This document shows, one piece after another, positions 48,840 to 62,350 of a stretch of DNA of 64,000 nucleotides; within the stretch, counting starts at the first letter, position 1, and each line of letters opens with the position of its first letter. The position numbers and the translations under genes were made by a program. Source of the stretch: Octopus sinensis (lineage: Eukaryota); contig NC_043008.1 of assembly GCF_006345805.1 (NCBI RefSeq), positions 37,882,001-37,946,000 of the forward strand, written 5' to 3'. A model generated the notes under the pieces. That model did no database searches. It saw only the letters and a program-made list of their open reading frames with translations, and was not told the origin of the DNA.

Positions 48840-50420
48840 TACTAGAGTAAATCAAAAATTATACACACACTTGTTTCCGCATTACCACATTCTCTTCATT
48901 TTTCTTCACATAGTCTCCTTGTGTTTTGGTGCTCTTCTTCCAGCAGTCCTCAAGCTTGCTTATTCCACTGGAGAAGAAGGTTTTCGGTTGGTCCCTCAGC
49001 CAATTATGCTCTGTTTCCTGAACTTCTTCAGCCATAGCAAATTGACGACCTCGTAAAGGATGTCTGAGTGGTCCAACGAGATGATAGTCAGGAGGGGTCA
49101 AATTTGGACTCTATGCAGGGTGTTCCAGCAAATCAAAACCCAATTTTCCAATGGTTTCAACTGTATGGGTAGCCATATGTAGGTGTGCATTGTTGTGCAA
49201 CAATAACACCTGCTTTGACAATAGGCCTTAGTTTTTGATGTGAAATGCTGATTTCAGTTTGTTGGCCAGCATTCTAGTGTAGTCTACACTGGTGACTGTA
49301 GTGCCCTTTCCCAGGTAGTGTTCCAGTATAAGCTCTTTTGCATTTCAAAAGATGGTTAGCATCACTTTTACTGTGAAAGATTTAGTTGGAAATTTCTTTT
49401 CTACTGGCAATTCTCAATGTTTCCACTCCAACCTCTGTCTTTTAGATTCTAGTTCAAAGTGATAGATCCAGCTCTCATTGGTGACTATTTTCTCTCCAAA
49501 AACACTTCAACTTCATCATTGCAACAGTTGATAGATCTCCAAATGATTGCGCTTATGTACCTATCTCAGACAGTGGAGGCACATGGCCTAGTGGTTAGAA
49601 CAACGGACTCGCGGTCGAGGGATCGCTTGTTTGAATTTCAGACCGGGCGATGTGTGTGTTTATGAGCAAAACACCTAAGCTCCACGTGGCTCCGGCAGAA
49701 GGTAATGATGAACTTCTGCTGACTCTTTCGCCATAACTTTCTCTCACTCTTTCGCCATAACTTTCTCTCATTCTTTCCTCCTGCATCTTGCAGCTCACCT
49801 GCAATGGACTGGCATCCTGTCCAGGTGAAGAACCTCTACGCCAAGGAAACTGGGGAACCAGGCCTTATGAGCCAGGCATGGCTCAAGAAGGAACAAACAA
49901 ACAAACAAAACCTGTTTGTTGTGGATGATTCCATATGCAGAACTATGACTAATTGGCAGATGACATACCACCTCATCGATAGTCACTCATTGATTCACCA
50001 GAACCATCTCTCTGGCTTGAGGAATTTTTGCATAAGTATTGGAGGTGGATGGGCTTCTTGCTTCCACTTCATGCTTCGTGCTTGTCCAAGCATTTTTAAA
50101 CTTCTTGATCCACTCATACACATTTGTACATGGTATTATTACACCATGTACTGAAAGCCTGCAATGAATTTCAGCCCCTAAAAAATATTCAGACCAGAGA
50201 TATAAGGTCACTTGTCTGTTTTCTTCTTTGGTGCACACTGCCAGAGGAGTGGCCATGTTTACTATGTAACTCAAGAAAGAAAACTGGAGTGATGAAAATC
50301 AAAACCTGAGTTACATAACCATAAGAATACCACCTTTTAGCAAGCAAATGCTAAAAGCAGTACAGCAACCTAAAGAGAGTTTCTGGTGAAAGTGAACTTA
50401 ACTTTTGAATACCCCTCATA
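48840..50420 (-). mobile_element. Near full-length decayed mariner element interrupted by a SINE
   Basis: N-terminus MATPLAVCTKEENRQV...AEIH.RL...VYEWIKKFKN (49987..50274), C-terminus PPDYHLVGPL...FFSSGISKLEDCWKK (48859..49101); TIR-like ends tactagagtaaatcaaaaatt and acttttgaatacccctcata. Confidence 0.88.
49573..49909 (+). mobile_element. SINE family C inside the mariner
   Basis: gtggaggcacatggcctagtggttag head, (AAAC)n tail, internal 24-bp tandem duplication ctctttcgccataactttctctca. Confidence 0.9.
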
Positions 50421-51034
50421 TATATAAACAAATTAATTAAGATTCACCATTTTCTCATTTCCATCACTCTATTTTTATTCATTTAATAACAAACTACATT
50501 TCATTTTCTCTTGCTGTGAGCGGTTCATATTTTCAAGAATACTTTTCTTTATTACAAAACATATAATAAGGTTGCTTGCAGGTGCATTTTTAATTCTTTC
50601 TGTCAATGTCAAGTGAATATTTATAATCATTTTTGAATCAAATATAAAATGACACATTGTCAAAATTAGATTAAAGATAAGTTTACCAATGTTTATAATC
50701 TTCGTTAATTAACAAGAGGCTTATATCTGGTGTCTAAGTAGAATCGGTAACAGAAATAACATTACTTGGTCGCTTCAAATAACAAGAGAGGTATGCTTTT
50801 CTACATTTTTCTTGGTATTGTATATAATTTGAACTTTCTATCCTCTTCCACTTTTTTTCTGCTTCCCTTGGTTTTGACAGATAAAAAAAATTTACACTCC
50901 AATGATCCTTAAAATTGTCTTCCTTTTTCTTTTTTGCATATATTCTGAAAAAATAAATAAACAAACGTCAAAAAAAAAAACAGAGATAAAAACCTAATTG
51001 GCATCTATTTCTACAATTCTGAGTTTTCCTGCAG

Positions 51035-51240
51035 AAGGATTTGCTGCCGACAGATTCATAGAAGATGCCCCGAGGAGCCTTGGATTCCAAAGGATATGTA
51101 GCACAAGTTGTAAGATTGCTTGCTCATATACTATAGTGAAGCCATACATAGATGTGTTGGCAAGTATTTTGAAAACGGCAAATGGTTCCATCAATCAAAA
51201 TTCTTGCATTGAAGCTGCAACATCTTTAGAAATCCTGCAA
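51035..51240 (+). CDS. Plus-strand exon candidate, 206 nt, phase 1->0 (GFAADRFIEDAPRSLGFQRICSTSCKIACSYTIVKPYIDVLASILKTANGSINQNSCIEAATSLEILQ)
   Basis: Acceptor gagttttcctgcag, donor CAA|gtaaac; 68 open codons of non-repetitive sequence. The opposite strand also has an ORF here. Confidence 0.35.
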
Positions 51241-52015
51241 GTAAACAAGTATTTTTTTCAGAGTGACAGCATCATGAAAAAACATGATGTTAAAAAATGT
51301 CAGGAACAAGAACATGCCTGCATACACATGCACATACACACACATGTCCATGTGCACACACACACACACACACACTGAAACATACCCACACACACACATG
51401 CATGCACATACACACTCACAAACACACATGCATACACAAATATACACACACATGTGAATACACAAACATACACACACATGTACACACATACACACTCACA
51501 AACACACATGCACACACTCAGATGCACGTATGCACATACACACATGCTTGCACACACACAGGTACATATATACACACACATGCACACATACTCTATCACA
51601 TCTCTCATCTTCTGATAATAATGGTTATAAATATTTGAGGGTGGAGGCATATGGCTTTGTGGCTCGGTTGTTGCGCTCATGAAAGTAAGACTGTAATCTC
51701 AATTCCTGGATTGGGAAATGCACTGTGTGCTTGTGCAGAACTCTCCATTTCACATTGGTCCAGTCCTCTCACCTAGCAACAAAGTTTGTGACCCTACGAC
51801 ATGCAGATATTCCAGCTAGGAGTGGTGGCGGTGGGGTCATGGCCCTGTGAGCCTACAGCTTGGGAAGGATCCTTCATCCTTTTTGAAACAAGTCAGTCAT
51901 GGCTGTATGGTTAAGAGGTTTTACTTGTAACCCCTTTGGATAAGTGTTTTCCCTTATGGTCTCGGGTTAACCATAGATTCATAAGTTAATTTGGTAGATA
52001 GAAACTGAAAAGAAA

Positions 52016-52429
52016 TGAGGCAATCTGGCAGAAACGTTAGCATACCAGGTGAAATGCTTAGCAGTATTTCGTCTGCCATTATGTTTTGAGTTCAAATTCT
52101 GCTGAGGTCGACTTTGCCTTTCATCCTTTCGAGGTTGATTAAACAAGTACCAGTTATGCACTGGGGTTGATATAATCAACTTAATCCGTTTGTCTGTCCT
52201 TGTTCATCCCCTCTGTGTTTAGCTCCTTGTGGGTAGTAAAGAGATAGGCATTTCATCTGCCGCTATGTTCTGAGTTCAAGTTCCGCCGAGGTCAACTTTG
52301 CCTTTCATCCTTTTGGGGTTAATCAGCTAAGTACTAGTATGCACTGGGGTCGATATAATCGACTTAATCTGTTTGTCTATCCTTGTTTGTCCCCTCTGTG
52401 TGAAGCCCCTTATGGGCAGTAAAGAAATA
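52016..52429 (+). mobile_element. Dimeric SINE family B inserted into a family A-headed SINE, with 16-bp TSD
   Basis: agaaactgaaaagaaa at 52000-52015 and 52430-52445; the second unit lacks the head. Confidence 0.88.
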
Positions 52430-53288
52430 AGAAACTGAAAAGAAACTTGTCATGTGTATGTGTGTGTGTGTATGTGTGTGAGAGTGAGTGTGTGTTCTCC
52501 TTGTCTGGACATCGTGCACTAATTGTAAACAAACATCAGTACCATACAAATAGTGTCATCTGTTTGTCATTTTACATGAAGAATATGCCTGAATTAGAAG
52601 AAAATAATATTACCTTGCTTGGAGACAGGTAAGATGTTGATGAGTTGGAAACCATCCAGCTAAAGAAAATCTGCCTCAGCAAGTTTCTTCTGACCCATAC
52701 AAGCATGAAAAAGGAGACGTTAAAACAACAATGATGACATCATAATGTCAAAATATAAAACTCATGAAAGACAAGAAAGGAATCGATGTTGTTGCAAGGC
52801 ATTTGTTTTACGATAATAGAAATAATAATCAACAGCCATTATCAAAACTAATCCATTGAAAGCGAGGATTATCTAAATGAGAAACAGCTGAGAAATAGTG
52901 ATAATACATAGATTAGGTGCTAATAAGCACAGATAAATCTTTTTGAAGTTCCAGGTTCTGCAAAAGCTGTAACAATGGAGAAGAATATGGAATTGCAGAT
53001 ACAAGGCCCACCCACACATCAATTTTCACCTACTCTACCCTAAGAAATCAAACTACAACTCCTCTTCTTATTGCATCTTTCTCTTCCTCACATTTCCTCT
53101 TCATAAATTATGATCGTTTTCCAATCCCCTTTCTTGCCCTCACTGCCCGGCTCATTGTATCACTGCTCCCCAAACCCCCACCCCTAATTTTCTAACCAGG
53201 TTCTAAGCTCCATGGTCTCATTACTTGTGAGTATACCCCAGTACTACACCATCTCGCTTCTGTTCTCTCTTCCACTTCTGCTGTTTCC

Positions 53289-53329
<41 letters not shown>

Positions 53330-54509
53330 CCTTTGGTAACTCTCTCTCTTGTTTTTCCTGACTAGGTTACTAAGTATCACCTTTACACCAGCACACTAGT
53401 TTCTGTTTGCTTTCTGTACCTCTCTTTTCTCTCTCTCTCTCTTTCTCTCTCTCACTGGGTAACCATGCACCTCTTCTATAGCAAGACATTTATTTCTTAT
53501 TTCTTTATTGCCCACAAGGGACTAAACACAGAGGGGATAAACAAGGACAGACAAAGGTATTAAGTCGATTACATCGACCCCAGTGCATAACTAGTACTTA
53601 ATTTATCAACCCCAAAATTGGCAGATTCATTAGTGTATTGGATAAAATGCCTTGTGTTGCTTAGGAACTCAAAATTCAAAAGACTTCAAGATCACCTTTA
53701 TATTTCAATCCTTGAGGTGAAAGAGATAAAAATACCAACGTGAGGAAGTTGGCAGAACTGTAAAAGAAGTGTTTGTTTTGACTTTTTGCATACTGAGTTC
53801 AAATCCTGCCATGGTCTACCTGGATGTAGACTTAATCCATCACCTAGTTTAACCCACCACCTGGCCTCTTTGGTGCCTTTAGTAATGTCCCCTCCTGTTT
53901 CAAACATTGAGCCAGGTCCCTAATTTGTGGATACTTCCTCCACTCCCAATACTTTGAAAACCCTGTAAAGAGCTGATGCACTGCCTTCTCTCCTGACTGA
54001 AAGATGGTAAAATTAATATAGTATGGTTATCCAAACCCTATATCTCAGCACTTCGCAAGAAGCACTGTAATTTTGTTCAACCTGAATCATCTAATGCCTT
54101 GCAAGAAATCAATTAAGAAAGAAATCTAATCTCTCCAAGCTGAACTGTTGTAAAGTTCTTTCCATTCATGAAAATGACAGGAAACTGAGGCAATTAGTGT
54201 CGTTAATGTGCAAACTATAAGCATTACATATGTTCCAGAGAGGAAGGCCAATATTCACAAAAATATAATTTCTGAGGAACAAAAACAGCTCTCACGAGAC
54301 GTAGATCTGAAATTGATTAGATGGACAAAGCACTGATAGAGAAAAACACCACTTAATAATGTCAGCCATAGATAATAAATAAGATGCCCTCCTCTCCTCC
54401 ACTAACAACAACACAACAACAACAACAAAAATGAGAGTGGTAAAAGAGACTTGGGTAGGGGAAAACATAAATCAGCCCTTGTGCTTTTCAATAGATCTGC
54501 AAATACACA

Positions 54510-54522
54510 CACACACACGCAC

Positions 54523-54553
<31 letters not shown>

Positions 54554-54698
54554 ATATAATGATGATGATGATGAGGAGGAGAATAACAACAGCAACAGAA
54601 ATAATAATAATAATAATAAGAAGAAGAAGAAGAAGAAGACGAAGAAGAAGGAGAACAACAACAACAACAATAACAATAATAATAACAATAATAATAGC

Positions 54699-54742
<44 letters not shown>

Positions 54743-54834
54743 TAATAATGATAATAATGATAATAATGATAATAATAATAATAATAATAGCAATAATAAT
54801 AATAATAATGATAATAATGATGATGATGATGATG

Positions 54835-54865
<31 letters not shown>

Positions 54866-54882
54866 TAATAATGATAATAATG

Positions 54883-54931
<49 letters not shown>

Positions 54932-55165
54932 TATATGATAATAATGATATAATGATAATAATAATAATAATAATAGCAATAATAATAATAATAAGATAAT
55001 AATGATGATGATGATGATGATAATAATAATAATAATAATAATAATGATAATAATGATAATAATGATAATAATGATAATAATGATAATAATAATAATAATA
55101 ATAGCAATAATAATAATAATAATGATAATAATGATGATGATGATGATGATAATAATAATAATAAC
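54510..55165. repeat. Long compound (AAC)/(AAG)/(AAT)/(GAT)n microsatellite
   Basis: About 650 bp of trinucleotide repeats; stop codons in the plus-strand frames checked. Confidence 0.97.
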
Positions 55166-55169
55166 GCAG

Positions 55170-55210
55170 CTTGAGTGCATTGCAAGAATAGAAAGCCTAA
55201 ACTCTCAAAG
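55170..55210 (+). CDS. Plus-strand exon candidate, 41 nt, phase 0->2 (LECIARIESLNSQ)
   Basis: Perfect donor AAG|gtaagt, but the acceptor (aataataacgcag) lacks a pyrimidine tract. Confidence 0.2.
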
Positions 55211-55594
55211 GTAAGTGAAATATTGATTGAACAATTCAAGTGTTTTCACTACTTATGTACAAGTAAATGGCTGAACCAAATAAGTTCTTTAAATACTGCA
55301 GCACTGCACAAATAATTGGTAGCCACCAATTACACTGGCACTAAAGAAGAAAATTTAATAAATACTGTGGATTAAAATGAGACTAAACTAAACATCAGGC
55401 TTTGATGGTTTCCAGAAAATTCTTATATAATAATAATAATAACAAAAGGCTTTGAACAAGCTACTTCAGACACTTTTGCAAAAATCTCTCAGATGTGATA
55501 AACTCCCAGAGCAAAATGAAAGAAGGTACAATATACTTTACCCCTAAAGGAAAAGGCAGAGCAAATGTTAAATTTTACAGGCCACTCTCTTTTC

Positions 55595-55635
<41 letters not shown>

Positions 55636-55725
55636 GATTTAACGCATCAGTAAATTCAAGGAATTAATTATTACAGAGAAACTGATTGTGTTCTAAGAAG
55701 GGAATGACTTGTTTAATGATGAATA

Positions 55726-56133
55726 GCAGGAGTGGCTGTGTGGTAAGTAGCTTGCTAACCAACCACATGGTTCCGGGTTCAGTCCCACTGCGTGGCATCT
55801 TGGGCAAGTGTCTTCTGCTATAGCCCCAGGCCGACCAATGCCTTGTGAGTGGATTTGGTAGACGGAAACTGAAAGAAGCCTGTCGTATATATGTATATAT
55901 ATATATATGTATGTGTTTGTGTGTCTGTGTTTGTCCCCCTAGCATTGCTTGACAACCGATGCTGGTGTGTTTATGTCCCCGTTACTTAGCGGTTCGGCAA
56001 AAGAGACCGATAGAATAAGTACTGGGCTTACAAAAGAATAAGTCCCGGGGTCGAGTTGCTCGATTAAAGGTGGTGCTCCAGCATGGCCACAGTCAAATGA
56101 CTGAAACAAGTAAAAGAGTAAAGAGAGTAAAGA
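55726..56133 (+). mobile_element. SINE family A, full length, well preserved
   Basis: All family A blocks intact. Confidence 0.92.
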
Positions 56134-56339
56134 GTACCTATCCAGGATGCAAATGACTTCCCCCCACACACACATACACATCATGACCACAGAATTCAGG
56201 CAAGGTTTTATAATAGCTCAGTCATGGACAACCACAGTGTCCTGGTATGGTTTTATTAAAGCTCAACCATAGGCAAACTGTGGCCCATGGGATTTTTCTA
56301 AATGGCATACTCAATGAAAAACTGTCTTGAATTTTTTTT

Positions 56340-56906
56340 CACCGAGGAAATGACTAGAGACCGAGACCTTTGGAAGTATGCTGTGCGTGAGAAGACCCGG
56401 CAGGACAAGTAAGGCCACAACCCATGGCCTCAGTCCACTTATGCACACCTTTCTTTCTTGGGACACAAAACTCTACTTGTGAAAACCTATTGAGGCAAGT
56501 GAAAATCAAAATCAAAATCAAAATCGATCAACATCAATGGAAATTGTAGCTGTGATACCAGTGCTGGTGGCACATAAGAGAACCATCCGAATGTAGCCAT
56601 GGTCAGCACCGCCCCGACTGGCCTCCGTGCCGGTGGCACGTAAAAAGCACCATCCGATCGTGGCCATTGCCAGCCTCGCCTGGCCTCCGTGCCGGTGGCA
56701 CGTAAAAAGCACCATCCGATCATGGCCGTTTGCCAGCCTCGTCTGGCACCTGTGCTGGTGGCACGTAAAAAGCACCCACTACACTCATGAGTGGTTGGCG
56801 TTAAGAAGGGCATCCAGCCGTAGAAACATTGCCAGATCAGACTGGGCCTGGTGCAGCCTTCTGACTTCCCAGACCCCAGTTGAACCGTCCAACCCATGCC
56901 AGCATG
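56340..56906 (+). mobile_element. RTE-LINE 3' end with expanded internal ~60-bp modules
   Basis: ORF2 stop region, then four ggtggcac.taa.a..acc modules and the shared tail. Confidence 0.88.
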
Positions 56907-57164
56907 CTCAGTTTAGACTCATTTCCTCCTTAGTATAAATTCAAGTTTGTGAAACATATGCCGAATGATACATAATCTTGGCAAATTTAGAAAACTAGGA
57001 GAATTATTCTATGATATTTTTGAAATGAACCTCAGGCAGTTACAGCTAATGGTTCCCTTTCATATCATTCAATAATTTACAGCAATGTGCTTTAGAAAAC
57101 CATTTTGGTAAACTTAATAAATCATACACTTCACCTCCAATATTGAATACTCTATCCTCCATAC

Positions 57165-57221
<57 letters not shown>

Positions 57222-57836
57222 TACATACATGCATATACATATGTGCATACATACATGCATACTAATGCATAAGTGTATATATATATACATAGGCTCCCAT
57301 GCAAACGTTTATTTATACATATATACATGTGTGTATACACACACACACATGCATCAGCTTTATGAGTCAATCAGTCTCTACTAGAACAGAAATCATGCCA
57401 AGTAGCAGCAGTAGCAGCAGCAGCACCACCACCACCACCATCACCACCACCACCACAACCACCACCACCACCATTTAGTAAGTCATACCCCATTTCAGAA
57501 TTCAATCACCCAATCATCCCAATAATTGATTACATGACCTTGACAATGTTCGAAATCAAAGCAATACGCTTGTGTATTGTAGCCTCTGGTCTGCTTTTTC
57601 CTTATGGATAAAATATATTATGCGTTCTATTGACATTTTCTTTTTTTTAAGCTTTTCACTTCTAAAGGAATCTAGAAATATAACAGAGGTAGTTCAATTA
57701 TGGCCTTTGAGCATGGTTTTTGAATAATGTTCTGCAGGAAACTAGAAGGATCTCTGTCGATCTGATTTCTGATTGCCAATTATTTATGCTAAATTTCTGT
57801 TTTGAAGAACTTGTTTTGTTCAGGTATTTGCCTGTT

Positions 57837-58068
57837 AAGGTGGTGAGCTGGCAGAAACTTTAGCACGCTGGGTGAAATGCTTAGCGGTAATTCGTCTGCC
57901 GCTACGTTCTGAGTTCAAATTCCGCCGAGGTCGACTTTGCCTTTCTTCCTTTCGGGGTCGATTAAATAAGTACCAGTTATGCACTGGGGTCGATGTAATC
58001 GACTTAATTCGTTTGTCTGTCCTTGTTTGTCCTCTCTGTGTTTAGCCTCTTGTTAGTAGCAAAGAAAT
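57837..58068 (+). mobile_element. SINE family B with TSD
   Basis: aggtatttgcctgtt at 57822-57836 and 58069-58083. Confidence 0.92.
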
Positions 58069-59979
58069 AGGTATTTGCCTGTTGAAATGTCCAACCAAAA
58101 TTCCATTTACCTTTTGAGGACATTCTACACAAGGTCTTTTATTTCTTTTACTTTTTTTTTCTTCTCAATGCTCTGAAGCTGTGTTCTATGTTTGCAGATT
58201 TATAGAAAACATAAGGGTTGATTAATATGTTTTAACTAATCTGAGTTATCTTTACTGCTCCCTCATATTTGTAGGATCATTATATTTTTGTCTTATTTCT
58301 TTAGAAGGTTTAATTTTAATTAGGGATATTAATTAATCTAGAACCTTCAGCTCTTCATAATTTATCACTTCTCAAGGATTACATTCTTCATGAGCATTGG
58401 AATATATCCACTGCCTAAAGCTTGCATTCTTGAAAATATTTGCTGCGTATAGATTGCATTTTCTTTTGGATTTTGAAAATGTTAAGCCATCTCAACTTAC
58501 AATGGATTTTCATTAATCTTTCAGATAATTAAAATTGGATTCATTTGCAACACTGCTTGCAATACATTGTGCCGTATTTGGCAATCTCAGCACCTACCAT
58601 ACTCGGTAAATAAAGCACCTACCACACTTGATAAATTGGTTGGCACCATGAAGGGAAGAACCCAGCCGTAGAAACCTTGTCCAAGCAGGCACTGAAGCCC
58701 ATTGTAATCTGTATGATATGGTTAAACCACCCATTAATTGATAATGAGAAGAAGGAGGATGGTGATGGTGGTGGTGATGGTGGCAGTAGTGATAGGTGTG
58801 ATGATGATGATGATAGGGTACACATACATACGTACACACACACACACACACACACACATACACACTTAAGAGAAGATTGTAGGAGTCAGTTTCATATCCT
58901 GGATGAGGCGTACATTATTTACTAAGCAGGAATCTAAAGCATCGTAACCTTTAGCTGGGAACAGAATATTTAATGTCATTTCTTTTCTTTTTGTCACACC
59001 AAGACATTATGTTGCCCATCTCAAGCAGTGATGTGGCTTGTCTTGACCCAAGTGGCTTGCTCTCTGCGCATTTAATGTTGAGAACATTAAATTCTTTCAA
59101 AGAGAATATATTTACATAACGATTCACTTTATTTTAATATCAAAGTTTCATGTTTTTAAGGTTTACCAAGAATTCTGACCATGATTGAGGTGGGAGATAT
59201 ATTTTCAATATAACAATATTGGGTTGCAACATAATTAAGGGTGTGTAACTGAGTGAGTCACTAATGTAAGTTAGAAGGAATGTCTCCTGTATGTAACGTG
59301 TTCGAATTGTAACATAAAATGTGTAGTTAGCATTTTTTTAAAGACAGTTCATAGAAAGAATCAATTCCCAGTGATTTCTTAAAGAGGTATGAATAAAGGA
59401 TATCCAGAAGGCAAGTTTATAAAAGAAAAACATTGAAATTTATTCAGTAGTGTAATGAGTGCTAGCAAGTGGTAACAAGGATTAAACTTGTATATGAATG
59501 AGAACCAAATATATGTGTATGAATGACAAGAAAAATCGCACGGCTTGCTGTATACACTGAGGTTTATATGAAGCAGAATGGAAGCTGATATTAATCAAAT
59601 GAGTTGTATGTAGTTTAGTGGTGGACACAGAAAATGAGACATGTTGAAGAAAACGATGTTGCTTCTATACTGTCAAAGCTGTAACTCGTTTGAAACTGCC
59701 ACTTCTTTATTGTAGTGAGTACCTCCAATATTGAATACTCTATCCTCCATACATTATATATATGTGGTTAGGGAGCTTGCTTCCTAGCTATATGGTTTCG
59801 GGTTCAGTCCCACTGCGTGGCACTTTGGATAGCTGTCTTCTGCTATAGCCCCGAGCTGACCGAAGCTTTGTGATTGAATTCGGTAGGCGGAAGTTACTGC
59901 CGTGTGTGTATATGTGCGTGTAGGTGCTTGTGCCTCTCCGAAAGAGAGAGAGAGGGATATATATATATACATGCATACA

Positions 59980-60017
<38 letters not shown>

Positions 60018-60530
60018 TTTATATACATGCATACATGCATATATATATATATATTATATATATATATATATATTAATCATGCATATATATATATATACAT
60101 ACATGCATACTCATGCATATGTGTGTATACATATATAGGCTCCCATACAAACGTTTATTTATACATGCATTTATTTATACACACACACACACATGCAGTT
60201 ACAATGATGCATCAGCTTTATGAGTCAATCAGTCTGTACCAGAACAGAAATCCCCTAAGTTAGATCACTATTGTTTTATTCATATGCCTCCAGCTCTGAT
60301 TGGCTGGAATCTTCCACAGCACAACTGAACTTTGCCACAAAAAGAAAATAGATCTTTCCTGTCTTGCTGCAGGTGTGATATCATCGGAACTGTTCATGGC
60401 AAGTCTAACATTACTTATTTCTTTCTTATCAGTATGGAAGATTACGCACTAATATACGAGGTGGTACTGGGTTTTTGCTAATTGTTTTCGGTACCCATGT
60501 AGTCACAAGTAAACATGAACCACCTTTCAG

Positions 60531-60603
60531 CACCTCCACCTTCATCCAATGGAACAACTTGGATGTGGCTGCTGGAAAGGAAAAAGGTTTATACCAGCAT
60601 TTG
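60531..60603 (+). CDS. Plus-strand exon candidate, 73 nt (TSTFIQWNNLDVAAGKEKGLYQHL in phase 2->0)
   Basis: Acceptor accacctttcag, donor TTG|gtaagt; all frames open. Confidence 0.3.
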
Positions 60604-62031
60604 GTAAGTACTCATTACAGTTGACAAGATTCTGGAAACGGGAAATGGAATGCCTTGTTTGAGGACAAACATGTTGCTCAGGAATTGAACCCAGAATCTT
60701 ATGCTCATGGATGGAACACCCTAACTGTTAGAACCAACACATTCACTAATCTATAATAGTTGTGTACAATTTAACAAGGATTTAGCTATTATTGGTAGCA
60801 AATCAAGCAAGCATTTAGATTCCTTTTTTGGTTAGTAACAATTCTATGTTTTTGTTTAACCACTGCTACATATACACATTGAATGTATATACATATTTGC
60901 ATACAGGGGATATATATATGCATGCATACACACATACATACAAACACAATAGACACACAAACGTACATACACACATACATACATACATACATACATACAT
61001 ACATACATACATACATACATACATACATACATACATACGTACATACATACATACATACACACATATATACGAATACATATATGTACCTGTATCCATACAC
61101 AGCATATATTTATATAGCGAAATGAAATGTTCAAGTAGACAAGACAGATTATTTTTAGTTGGACATAACCATCTGTTGACAAATGACAACCGACTGATCG
61201 GAAATGGCCTCAAGTATTTTGGCTTCTAAAGTTCCACAGAACAAACACGGAAGAAGGGAAATGTGTGAGTTTACTCACATGCCTTGTTCAAACTGTATTT
61301 CATTTTATTGATTAACCTCATGAAAACTACTTATAGTTTCATATGCTACATGTACCGTAAAAACCCATATAATAATCTGCGCACCTGTGTAATTTACATA
61401 GGTGATTTTCAAGATAAAATTTGTTTTAAAAAGCTTCTGATCATGTAATATTTGCACCCAAAAGTGTTCAGAATTGCTGATATGTCCAGGGGAAAAGGTT
61501 TTCAATTTAGTTGTAGTTAGCATAATTTCACTTACTTATGATTAGATTTTATTAAATTTTCATTACATAAAAATAATTTCTGTTTAACAGGCATCACATT
61601 GAAAGCTATTAAACTGCGAAGTGCTTGTGTTGTTAATAATAAACTTTATTTTACATTTCTTGCCCACAAGAAATTATATCTGATCTTTAGCATACTTCTG
61701 TATGTCTTCTCAAATCACAATCAGAGAAAAAGTTGTTGATAATTCTTATCAACAAAAACGAAGTTGATAAATATGCACAAGTGTTACAAAATAAGTTTAA
61801 TTACCAATAAATATCAGCTTGGATGACACTTTATTCAACTGACAGAGGAAGGTGACTGATCAAACTGATTATGTAACCAGAATTCTGATTGGTCAAAAGT
61901 GTCTTCTTGCCTCAAGCTCTGGTTTTCTGCCTATTCTTGTCGGACCCTTTGATATGGAGTATCGAAATTTTAATCTCTTTCACACTTATGAAATGTCAAG
62001 CAAACTTTAAAATTTGTCATTACCGTTTTAG

Positions 62032-62055
62032 GTGGTAGACCAAACTGATAGTTTG
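62032..62055 (+). CDS. Plus-strand 24-nt microexon candidate (VVDQTDSL, phase 0->0)
   Basis: ttgtcattaccgttttag|24 nt|gtaagc; only phase 0 is open. Confidence 0.3.
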
Positions 62056-62350
62056 GTAAGCCACTAAAATAAACATTCAAAATTAAGAAGCGACTTGTCT
62101 GAATATACATGGCTGTGAGGAGACATAAGCAAGAATAGTAAAATTCTACTATGCCAAAAGAACTGGTAATCCATATATTACAAGTGATCTATGAAGAGAA
62201 CATAAGATTGCTGCATAATTCAACGTGAATGTGAAACGAAATTAAACATTGTATAAAGTAAATGAAGGTTTCTATAGGAATGCTAAGTCATATTCACTTA
62301 GTGAGTTTACAGGTGCAAGGATGATTTATGATGTTATCGTAGTTGATGTT

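Noticed and set aside
50994-51236. Minus-strand reading with a strong acceptor and a single in-frame TGA (possible selenocysteine or readthrough)
   Set aside because: No SECIS or recognisable selenoprotein motif; all three frames stop soon after the acceptor.
54451-55239. 182-232 aa poly-Ile/Leu/Tyr ORFs, and a possible 717-nt exon from the acceptor near 54494 to the donor at 55211
   Set aside because: Pure trinucleotide repeat; the plus-strand frames checked hit stop codons (e.g. ATA TGA TAA near 54930, TAA near 54997).
56560-56790. Repeat-spacer appearance suggestive of a CRISPR-like array
   Set aside because: The intervening sequences are homologous to each other, the block is part of a LINE 3' UTR, and there are no cas genes; the DNA is eukaryotic.
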